The position numbers and the translations under genes are program-made. Below, in pieces: positions 10,958-21,437 of a stretch of DNA of 64,000 nt (positions are counted from its first letter, which is position 1; every line of letters starts with the position of its first letter). This DNA comes from Balanoglossus misakiensis (lineage: Eukaryota > Animalia > Hemichordata), in NCBI GenBank assembly GCA_040954595.2, contig CM082576.2, forward strand, positions 6,575,129 through 6,639,128. The letters run 5' to 3'. Under the pieces are notes generated by a model. The model ran no database searches. It was not told where the DNA came from and worked only from the letters and a program-made list of their open reading frames with translations.

Positions 10958-13900
10958 TCAGCAACTACCTATGTGTAATTGTACGATTCCTGAATTATGT
11001 AAATTTATCATCTGCTCAAACTCAGATGACATGTTATGGTAGTTTTGTTTCATCTTCTTTGGTGATTGCATGATGGCGCTGCTGTCAAAGTAGTGGAAGT
11101 ACAATGGATTCCCGTTCAAATCTTGAAGGAATGGCCAGTATCCGTACAGATGAACCTCTTCGCAAAAATTAAGTACGCCGGTAAGTAGCACCATGCCTGA
11201 AACAGAATCAGTAGGGGCTATATTGCAAATCGCAATCACCTCAATGTACTACCCCACGTACCAAGCCCGGACAAAACCACTCGGCTACATCCGGCATCCT
11301 CTCTCCCCCGCGATGCTACAAAGACCCAGAAGCCTGTCTCGGTTACCCAGACGCCTTTGCTCTTCTGATGCTCTCCAGAAAAGGGTCTGGGGAAATACTA
11401 TTGAAAGCTTTGTAAAACAAAATGGCCGATGTCAGGATTTTGATCATCGCCTGATTGGCTGAGCTGTCAGTATGACCCGGGTCACTGACTCTCGACAATG
11501 TGTGATTATTTGTCGTATCTTCATATCAAGAGACCGGTACTTGTTGGTTGATGCGAAAGGCAAAAGGCGTCCTCTGTTAGCATTGTTGGAGAAATTATAT
11601 GAAATATCTTTGGTAGACGATTGTCGAAACTATTGTAGTGACCCGGGTCATACTGACAGCTCAGCCAATCAGGCGATGATCAAAATCCTGACATCGGCCA
11701 TTTTGTTTTACAAAGCTTTCAATAGTATTTCCCCAGACCCTTTTCTGGAGAGCATCGGAAGAGCAAAGGCGTCTGGGTAACCGAAACTACCAGAAGCCTT
11801 GAGCGCGCTCTCTTCCAGACTTGACTTGACTTGAACAAACAAACTTGAACAAACAAACAAACACGCACGTAGGCCTAGATAGTCCAGAATAGTGTTTCCA
11901 TTGCTCAAATGAGCGACAGATATTCTCGGGGATTGTCCACGCACTGGCAATCATTTCGCAGGCTCAGAACACAGTTTCCAAGCATCATGGTATAGCCTTT
12001 TTAGCAGAATGTGATAGTAAAACCACCACCAACAACACAACTTTCACGTCCTTACCGGACGACAGACGGCGAGCTGTCACTCCTCGTCCCTTCCAGAACT
12101 TGTGTATGAATTCGAAGAATCGAGGATGGCCGAATACTACCGCCATCCCCGCCGACTCGACAACGTCCTGTGCCCTGAAGGCCAATTCAGTACACTTCCG
12201 GTGAGCGAAAGCCGGAATGTACAGGGTGGCATTTCCATACTCATTCGTCATGTAGTCTTTAAACTGGAGTTTGCCGTCACCATTGAGACTAGAATACCTG
12301 TAAGCAGACGACATCAAATGAATTTATCATACGGCCGATCGAGTCACTGTGTTCGTTAGCAACAGTTTTGACCATAACAGGAAGTTTACTACCTCAGGTT
12401 GAGATTAAGTCGCTCATTTTTCGACATTAGTTTTGGTTTTGCTTCTTTTCACAGATTGACAATGTTTCCAATCTGTTCACGTAAAGTACCACGTGACTGG
12501 TTATCAAAACCCTAAGTCGTGCACTGCATATGGTCATAACGTGATTCTACGGCGACAGCAGCCATTTATTTAAGCAATAAAACACCCCCAGCCAATGTTT
12601 TATTGCTATTATATTATGCCAGTATATTGAAACTTTGCATAAAACATTTTAAAAAGGCATTTTCTTTGACTATGATATATGACTGCGGTATATGACTAAT
12701 ATATCACAGTCACTAGTCGTGTCTCGACCAATAAAATAGCGTGATTTACACCATCAATATACTGGTATAATATAATTTAATTTATCACTTGTCACGCCCT
12801 TTTAACGCTGTTGCAGACCGAAATGTTTCCATCACTATTTATCAGACTGGTGTCCTGTCAAATGCTTTAGAATTTGATTTCAACAAACTTTCAGATTTTG
12901 CCCATACCACTGTTTAGATGTTATACGCCATATGCGTATATGTTAAATAATCATCATGAGATCATCAGCCTATTTACGGCGCAACATCGTTCAGGATTTA
13001 TATTCCCTCCCTCTCTCCCACGCCAAAGTCTGAATTAGCCTCGAAATTTGGTGAAACGTGAACTTATGCGCCTTTCAAGTGATTTTCTGGGTATTTTGAA
13101 CCGCCGATGCTACATTTAAGCTTATCCTGCGTTATGTTTCACTTACCGATTGCTCAAAACACTTGGATTGCAGGTAACTAAGTGAGATTTTTGACCAACA
13201 TCTGTGGAATAGTTGCGCACTGCTGCGTGGCTGAATCTGAATATAGAAACGGCGTATAATTGTTTTTGCCTTTGGTTGGCAGAACCGGGCCGATGTAAGC
13301 TAGTTAGGTTAAACCACAGACAAATATAAAATGTATTTTGTGCAGGTCAAGAGTTCACCCACCTTCGATTAAACAGTCTGTGTTTGCTCAAAATACACTC
13401 GCGTTATCCTAACCGTTCGTAAGTCCATTTGTTGGGTCAAATGCGCTCACCTTATAATAAAATTCGACAAGTCTATTGATTTGCCGCATTTACTTCCGAG
13501 CAATATTCCACTGCTTGCAACTATGCTGCATCGTTTGTAGAACATCCCTTCAAAAGGAGATTTCTGAAAGGAATTACATTTGTAAATCGAGTTTGTAGAA
13601 CACATGTATTCACTCATATACCGCCACTTTCATGTTTGCATCTGTTTGCGTGACCATGCACATTTTTTAAGGTAATGGCGTCATATTATTTTAGACTTGT
13701 AATCTTTCTTTGGAATGATATTGAATCAAAAATAGCGTCAGGGGTACTGTGCTCCCATCTGTTTAGAAGAGAGACCTACACGACAGATTTCTTACCTCGG
13801 GAAAACGGGCGTAGATGTCCGAAGTCACGTTTATAAGTGCCCGTTCTGCTGAATACTTAAGTTTCCTATTTAATATGACCGACTTGTGGGTTGTTAGAAA

Positions 13901-14539
13901 CAATTCCGTGGTTTTGGCTGCCTTCTGTAACACTGACCTGTATGGCATAGGAACATTAGTCAATGAAAACATACAAATTCTTGATAAAAATTGCATTCAC
14001 TCGCACAGCGTATACGTCCCAGGCATTTACAAAATTAATATGCTCTAAATTCACAAATTGTTGGAAATATATGGTATAGGTATCCCATTGTGAATCTCGG
14101 GGCCGCTTTTTTTCATTTGATACAGGAGGTGCGGTATTTGGAGGGGCGGGGGAAATCCTTACACGCATGTATAAATGAACTCAAACCTAAACTTCCTGGC
14201 TGCCGTGGCGTTGTGAGTCCAGTTAGCTTTGATACTCAGGAAAATCTTTGTGGTGTAAAGTGATGTATTCATGGGCAACATGCCTTGTTGGACCTTCGTA
14301 TCCGTTCGAGTCAGATTTGAAAATATGGTAACTGATGATGTAGCATTAGGTTTTCTATTATGATTCGATGTAAGCGAGTGGTTGTGACGTAGCGATTGTT
14401 GACATATGCAGGAATTTGACCGGGTACGGTAGCCAGTTAGGTTTATCACTGTCAATATCGATAGGACGAGAAGTACTCGTACCAAGGCCCTGTGTTTGCC
14501 TCGTCCTATCACACAGCTGCTCAACATTTTCCTGAGCAT
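10958..14539 (-). CDS. Alpha-2,8-sialyltransferase-like (ST8Sia, GT29) type II membrane protein
   Basis: Exons 14539-14187 (TM anchor, stem), 13937-13796, 13563-13451 and 13236-13147 (sialylmotif L: RCSIVASSGILLGSKCGKSID...IIRFS...DVGQKS), 12297-12056, 11196-10958 (motif S: SSGMVLLTGVLNFCEEVHLYGYWPF; motif III HYFD; VS HNMSSE; C-terminal Cys typical of ST8Sia). All junctions GT-AG and in frame. Confidence 0.9.
11335..11789. mobile_element. Non-autonomous DNA transposon (MITE), ~150-bp TIRs and 9-bp TSD, in last intron of the sialyltransferase
   Basis: 11335-11486 is the near-perfect reverse complement of 11637-11789; flanked by direct repeat CCAGAAGCC (11326-11334 and 11790-11798); right end ...AAACTA. 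Confidence 0.88.
12573..12776. mobile_element. Small non-autonomous element with 23-bp inverted repeats and an adjacent hairpin
   Basis: ATTATATTATGCCAGTATATTGA (12608-12630) pairs with TCAATATACTGGTATAATATAAT (12754-12776), one mismatch; preceded by 12-bp stem AGCAATAAAACA...TGTTTTATTGCT (12573-12607). Confidence 0.55.
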
Positions 14540-15960
14540 ACTAGCTACTCGTACAAAGATCTGAAATATAAAACAAATACGCAATTTTACTCAACCCTGT
14601 GACTGACACGAAAGCTCTTTTGCTAACTCTTCCAGTTTTGGCTCCATACAGGGCCTTATTTTGTGAATCCATATATTATAGAGACTTACAGGCTTTGTTT
14701 TAGGTAGTTTTCTTCTGTGTACCAAATGCAATTTCTTGCTTTACTTCAAACAGAATAATAATATACACAGTACTCTGCTTGTCAACATAGCCTGTGTGTG
14801 TAACGGGCATTGTTATATTGTTGTCGAATGAATTCTATTCCGGACTTTACACAGAAACAATACTGACTATACACATATATGTTGAGTAAATAAAATGGAT
14901 GCCTACTGGGCATTTAATCTTACTTCAGGGATGTAAACAAGAAACTACAGTAAGTACACAAAACACAAACACTGAAAACAAAGCGAAAAGTTACAGTTAA
15001 TGGAGCTTCAAATTATTCATGTGTAATGTTCATGTATAAATTGCCCTTAATATGATGCTTCCCTTAGTGACATCTGACTATTGTTGTCACGACCCAAAAT
15101 AGAACATCCTGAAAATAGCAGAAAATGAGCTACCAGGAAGGGTCTGGTTTGGAACTACAGCAGCAACCATTCTATGGACACAGTAGAAACCTCCTTCAGA
15201 AATACGCGTTCCGGTGTGCTGTTGCAGTTACTTATCTCTGACTAGCTTCGAAGTCCACTATCTTTCTATTCGGATACATGCACATAGATTTACCCTTCTG
15301 CCCTAATATAACTGTAATGTCCAATTGCAACATAACCCACACAGTAGACCTGTCCTTCAACCCCCGCCGCAGGGACATATATATGCTGTATGGAGCGAAT
15401 TGTACCCAAATTGAGTGTATACCCGACTGGGGCGGGGGTTATTGCTATCATATTAACAATTGATTTTGTGGCATATCAGTGGCATGTTCTTAACGAAACA
15501 GCGTCAGAAAGAGAAATTACGATCGTGAACCAACATGGCGACGATGAATGTAATTAAAAACACGAGCGGCCGGGATCGAGCATTAAACATATTAATTACA
15601 ACTTATAGTTCCACTAGAGTGGACATGATATGCAAACTACTTGGTACGAATATCGACGCTGCGTAAGCGTAGTCTGGGATTGTGATGGAGTTGAGTGTTG
15701 GTCCATCGCGTAAGCCATGTCTCGAGTTATGCTCTTTTCCCCGTCCGACCCAATCGCTTTCATTAGGCTTTCTGAGAGGGTGGGCCAGGTAGCCAGATAA
15801 CGTAGACATTATTATTTTACGTATATCAGTTGTACTGGTTATAACTTACCTGACAAGCTTGATCTTCGCATTTACACGATCTAATAACTAACTAGTACTT
15901 ACGCTGCGCATGATGGGACTGAAGTTGTTCAAACAAAAAAAAAGTTGCTAAACACTAGAG

Positions 15961-16003
15961 GCCATGAAGAGGTATGTAAGACCTCTTACATACCTGCCAT
16001 GAA
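15961..16003. repeat. Perfect 12-bp-stem hairpin flanked by 8-bp direct repeat
   Basis: GCCATGAA-g-AGGTATGTAAGA-cc-TCTTACATACCT-GCCATGAA. Confidence 0.7.
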
Positions 16004-16289
16004 TAGTGACCAACAATTATGATTAATTAATAGTCAAATCATATCTGAACGAGGCAGAATAGTAACGTTTCCCTTATTTTTAAGAAAACACATATGCTTA
16101 TTTCATAAATAAAAACTAACTGTGGAGTAAAGGGTTATTAGCGAAAATAGTTTACGTCATCAAGCCTATGCCCCATGTAACCTATCACGCCCACGAATCA
16201 ATCAGTTTCGTGGCCCAGCGTTTTGCCACGGGTTCGAGGCAGTGCATTGGTAGGAGGTTGGTTGAGCTTGAAATGTACCTCTGCATAGC

Positions 16290-16687
16290 CAAGTCTACTG
16301 CGTAGACTTGTGAATTACACACACAGTCCTGAGAACCAACTGGCCGAAGGGCTAATTCTGTATTTTGTCCCCAATTGCACTCGCATACTCAACCGACCAC
16401 AGCAAGAGCTTCGTCATCTCCAAAGAAGAATTGTTATTTGGTTATTTGTGTGAAAGTTCATTCTCGGGACGGTGTGTGTAAGTGAGACGCACTAAAAGTT
16501 GGCCATTCATTGTGTCCAAGCCAAGGAAACAGTTCGCCCCTTCTTTTATTTCATTTGTTTCCTCTCAGGACGGTGTGTGTATATGGGAAGCACCAGCCTT
16601 ACGCTACCGTTCACATATAGCCAGTTACTCAAAAACATTACCCATGCACGCAAGACATATCGTCACAGTTCATGATTTACTTTGTGA
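16290..16687 (+). repeat. Diverged direct copy of sequence at about 42525-42760 and 43411-43480
   Basis: Shared strings include AGTCCTGAGAAC, CGACCACAGCAAGA, TTCGTCATCTCCAAAGAA, GAAAGTTCATTCTC, GGACGGTGTGTGTAA, AAGCCAAGGAAA and ACGCAAGAYATATCGTCACAGTT. Confidence 0.8.
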
Positions 16688-16823
16688 CACGCGTGGCCTT
16701 CTTCGTATTTTTGGCCTCCTGCGCCCGTGAGTGAGAGCAGGTTTTGGACAGTTAGCCCGTGGCCGTGCCTGCTGAGTTTGACGGCGAAAACTACTTCTGA
16801 CGTGCGCGACTTCGACGCCGAAT
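16683..16823 (-). pseudogene. 141-bp fragment of a KCTD copy-3-like exon abutting the foldback left end
   Basis: Aligns to 9192-9326 with 5 substitutions and one 6-bp in-frame duplication (SASKSRTSEVVFAVKLSRHGHGLTVQNLLSLTGAGGQKYEEGHACH). Confidence 0.9.
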
Positions 16824-16952
16824 ATAACAAAGGCCGTAAAATTTTGAGAAAAACTAAAACATTATTTACTTGGTCGCTGAGGGTGCTGTACGAGTTAGCG
16901 ATTTTTTGTCCCACATATGCACACGAGTCGCAGGTCAGCATTTTTGACGCTG

Positions 16953-17005
16953 GTCACGTGATGTGACATGTGACGCGCCAGAGCAAAGTTTTCGCTGCTG
17001 ATTGG
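16953..17005 (+). promoter_or_regulatory. Promoter-like motifs near the outer end of each arm (mirror at about 39055-39110)
   Basis: GTCACGTGA E-box at 16953, CATGTGAC, and reverse CCAAT box CTGATTGG at 16998, in a CpG-rich tract just upstream of the first GTAAGT donor (17171). Confidence 0.5.
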
Positions 17006-17039
17006 TTGGAGCCACCTGGACCACCTCCACTAGGAAATT

Positions 17040-20000
17040 TCCGTCCAGCCTTCCGTGCATTTTCATAAGAGAGTCAGACGGCCACGCTGCTACACGGACC
17101 ACGAGAAGATGCGAAGAACTCTGCCCCCGAAACAGAGTTTCTCCGCTAGATAGTTTTCATGACGACAGCGGTAAGTAAAGTAAACGAAGTAGACACATTT
17201 ACTCATTTTTTGACCAGAAATATGGGTTATTCTGTGGCGGGTTACGGAAAACTAAAACGCCAGACGTTTACACCACATAATTGAAAAATTGGATACGTCA
17301 CAGTCAGGCAGCTCGAGTCAGCGCTTTTATACGTTTTAATTCACAAATACCGCCCTTTCGCGTAACTCAACTTGAGACGGGTTTATCAAATTAAGACAAG
17401 TCGGTGTTATAGCTCTACTGGTGGGCGGCAGTCTTTTTTAAACAAGGTAGTTTTTCGGGAAAGGGGAGGGGGGCTACGATGAATTGGCAGCGGGTTCACG
17501 TGTAGTCGGCGTGTTTTCGAGTGTGAGCGAATGCAAATTTTATATTATACTACCGGACAATAGCGAAAATAACTTGAAGCTTTGAAACTTCATCATGTTC
17601 ATTCGAATCAGTTATTTTCGTGTGTCCGTGCAGGCTTTGCCAAAAACAATATTTTTTGTTGGAGTTTAAAATGTTCCGCTTCGTTGTAGGCCTAAACTTG
17701 AAAATATGTAAATGTACATAGTGCCATGCTGGTGTTTTTAGGCTACGTGTCTGTCAACGAAGCCCTAAAACATATATTGTCGAGTCGTGTATGATGTACA
17801 AATGCGAATGAACAACAGTTTAGCGTACGGTGATCACGGTTGATATTTTGTTTCCTGTTCATGGATAGGCATTCAATTTGTTTCCTTATTTTTTGCAGAT
17901 GCCCAAATGACCTGATGTTGTACGTTCTGCGTGGATGCTATGATGTTACAAGCATGATGTACGAGTAAGCGGTATTAGCCAAATTTTGGGCAATTTTTAA
18001 GATCTTTCAACGATTCTGACTGGTGCCGGTAGCCAGTTCAGCGAACCGATTTTGCACAAATCTGAAGAATGCAGCAATGCGGATGCTATATGTGGATGTC
18101 ATTAATGTTTTAGAACCAACATGACTACATGCTCGGTGCATGGGTCATTTTTGTCACGGCACCAACAAGTTCATCGGCTTTGAATGCTTCGATCGGAAGG
18201 TGCTCGTTGTGAGTGTGTGCGCATGTGTGTCACGGTAAGTTGTACGGTATATTTGGGCCATGCAGCTAGACTACAATGAGGTGAGCGTTTGTATGTTCCA
18301 TGGCTGAATGAAGACCAGTGGATGAAGTTTCGTAACAAGTAAGTTATATAGACATAAATAAAATCCCCGGTGCGGGTGGGTCCCATCCCTCAGACCGTCA
18401 GTTAATACTTAATACAAGTTTTTTTTAGATATGTTATCTTTCGTCATTATTCAATAAAAATAAAATAAAAACATGCACGCACTCATAATACTTGGAGTGG
18501 TTTATTTCCGTACCGATCATCTTCGCCTCGCGTATATAGTTAATACAGTTTTTAGATATGTTATCTTTCGACATTATTCAATAAAAAATATTAAAAACAT
18601 ACGTGTATTGATAAAACTGAGAGTGGTTTATTTCCGTACCGATCATCTTCCCCTTCACGTATATAGTTAATGCAGGTTTTTTAGATATGTTATCTTTCGT
18701 CATTATTCAATAAAAAATATTTAAACCATACACGCACTCATAATAACTTGAAGTGGTTTATTTCCGTACCGATCATCTTCCCCCTCACGTATATAGTTAA
18801 TACAGGTTTTTTAGATATGTTATCTTTCGTCATTATTCAATAAAAAAATATTAAAAACATACGTGCATTGATAAAACTGAGAGTGGTTTATTTCCGTACC
18901 GATCATCTTCCCCCTCACGTATATAGTTAATGCAGGTTTTTTAGATATGTTATCTTTCGTCATTATTCAATAAAAAATATTAAAAACATACGTGCATTGA
19001 TAAAACTGAGAGTGGTTTATTTCCGTACCGATCATCTTCCCCCTCACGTATATAGTTAATACAGGTTTTTTAGATATGTTATCTTTCGTCATTATTCAAT
19101 AAAAAATATTAAAAACATACGTGTATTGATAAAACTGAGAATGTTTTATTTCCGTACCGATCATCTTCGCTTGTGTGTATGTCTCTGTTAGTCTGTTTTT
19201 ATAGTAAATAAGGTATTTACTTTCCAGACATTAACTTTATTTGCTTGTTTTGCAGATGCAGAGACAAGAGTTTTTTCGCCATGCAGCGGTATAGCTGGGT
19301 GAGGTAAGGGCAGGTATCTTCCATGGCTGAACGGTCATGAATATTGCAGACACTCACTCCATTTGCTTGTTTTGCAGATCCAGAGACGAGATCAACTCAT
19401 AATGGTATTCATCAACCAAGCTTGGGCCTAAGTGACTAGGTTTTTTTGCCATGCAGCTGTAGAGCTGGGTGAGGTAAGGCCAGTATGTTCAATGGCTGAA
19501 CGATCTTGAATATCACCGACATTCACTTCGTTTCATTGTTTTGCAGATGCAGGGACGAGATCAACTCATAATGGTATTGCATTCAGCAGTATAGCTGGGT
19601 GCGGTAAGGGCAGTATGTTCAATGGCTGAACGAAGACCAGAGGTTTCAAGCAAGGTTTGACAAGCGATATAGGCAAAGCCCCATTTATCATGGTGGATAT
19701 TTTGAAGATTTTGTATCGATTCAGACTGGTGCCGTTACCCAGTCAAGCGAAATGATTTTGCACAAACCTGCATGTAACAATATGGACCCAGTCCTTTATG
19801 TGGATGTCAATTCAACGTTTTAAAACCGACCTGACTGCTGGATGCAAGAGGTGGACATTTTGTTTTTGCACAAACGTGTTCGCCATCTTTGAAGGAGACA
19901 TTCGATTTACACACTCTTCATTTATTCCAGGGATCCCGTAGATGATGCTAAGATGATTGCCAGCCTGTGTGATTGATGTCCAGAGATTACTGCATGGTGT

Positions 20001-20620
20001 GGGAAGGTAAGAATTGTGGGAAAGAAAACTGAAGCAGTGACGGAGACAATACATGGTAAGGGGTGTGTGGGTGGGGTGTGGTTATTCACAATGTCCAGGA
20101 GTTGTCAGTTTAACTAAGTACAATTATAAGCTTAAATGGGCAATTCTCTATCGCTGTTGCAGTAAAATTTAACCAAGGTGCCAAATAGGGAGTGAAATTC
20201 CAGGCAGCCATACGGATTTGAATGATGTACCATCTGCGAATGAACAACAATTGGCGTTCAGTGGTGATCATGCTTTGTTTCATGTCCATGGATATTAGAC
20301 ATTCATTTCTACTTTGCTTGTTTTGCAGATGCAAAGACCAGATGGGTATCCGGCAACCAAGATGGGGACGAAGTGTCCATTTTCCGCGATGCAGCAGTAA
20401 CTGTTACTGGCTGTCTGCAGTGACCGCCTAAAATCTAATGACAATAGTATTTCAATTGATGTTTACCAAGTAATATACTTGCAAGCTTCTTTTTCATATT
20501 GTAAGTATACAGATAATACTGTATACATGTATCTTCTTTTCTTTATGGATTTAAAACTTTGAAATTAAAATTTTCAATGAACTAGATTAAAATGAAATAA
20601 ATGTGTCTGTATCATTTTAT
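17040..20620 (+). ncRNA. Putative spliced non-coding transcript in left arm, pointing inward
   Basis: Donor after 17170; TTTTGCAG acceptors before 17899, 19256, 19378, 19547, 20329; GTAAG donors after 17964, 18234, 19303, 19473, 19603, 20006; AATAAA at 20596 followed by a GT-rich tract; no long ORF. Start coordinate approximate; expression not shown. Confidence 0.5.
18405..19170 (+). repeat. ~129-bp minisatellite, 6 copies (left arm)
   Basis: GATATGTTATCTTTCG recurs at 18428, 18555, 18684, 18814, 18944, 19073. Confidence 0.95.
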
Positions 20621-21437
20621 TACCCCAACCCTGCCTTGATGCTGAGATTGTCCCATTGAAACTCAAACAGCGTCAGGTTTGCATCCAATATAGATACTGA
20701 CCTATGCAAAGAAGGTGAAAAATAGTCAAAATTTTGGCAAACTAATTTTGTTCCCTAATTGGCCTTAGCAACTGAGACCTTGAGCTTTGCTTCCTGTACT
20801 GACGCTCAGGAAATTCTAAAGTAGGCGAAAGATCACCTGTAAACATGGAAACAAATTCTGGAAGTTGGACCTGTTTTCTGAATTTGCTAAAATGTTTAAC
20901 ATTGTGTCAAAAGTTGCCACAAATCCAAAGTCTGTTCGTACTCTTTCTATTTTCCCAAGTAACCATTTCCTTGTACACTACAGAAGCCGAGACAGGGCGA
21001 AAAAAAAAATTGTCCTTGAATGTTTAAATTAGGTAGCAGTTTGCACTCTATGCAAAGTACCTGCGAAGTTTAATCCAATTTAGTTATTTGTTAGGTATAC
21101 TCTGGTCGTCAAAACTAAACACGTAAATTGAGTACTAAATTTGCATTCCGTGTCCGCCAAAGTTTAGATATAGCAGTAACACAGTAAGAACGCCACTTAA
21201 AAAGAACGTTTAGCATGAAGTAAATCTGAAACTAATTATGCATTGATATAAGAACATTTCATCTCCACAGAAAACCATTTCATGTCGGAAATGCAAAACA
21301 GAAAGTTGTCTGAGTAGGCAAAGTAATCTAGCCGGAGCACCATATGGCGAAATGCGGGATAACAAAGCCAGTACATAATGTTAGATTACGTAAAGGGACA
21401 AAGTCTCTCTCTCGCTGCCCTTTTTTCCATTAATTAT

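Larger units (their letters stand above)
16820..21437 (+). repeat. Left inverted arm, non-satellite part
   Basis: Reverse-complement match to 34194-39242 along its whole length, apart from a 420-bp insert in the right arm and scattered substitutions and indels. Confidence 0.97.

Noticed and set aside
16820-16870. Assigning the foldback to hAT, Kolobok, piggyBac or Helentron from its ends
   Set aside because: No 8-bp or TTAA TSD; AACAAAGG resembles DINE/Helentron ends but I see no convincing subterminal hairpin.
16872-16889. GTCGCTGAGGGTGCTG at both arm ends as CTCF sites
   Set aside because: One base short of the CTCF core spacing; not supportable from sequence alone.
18171-21027. Short ORFs in the arms (and their mirrors) as transposase or accessory proteins
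   Set aside because: All are under 95 aa with no DDE, HUH, zinc-finger or recombinase motifs; identity between arms only reflects the inverted duplication.
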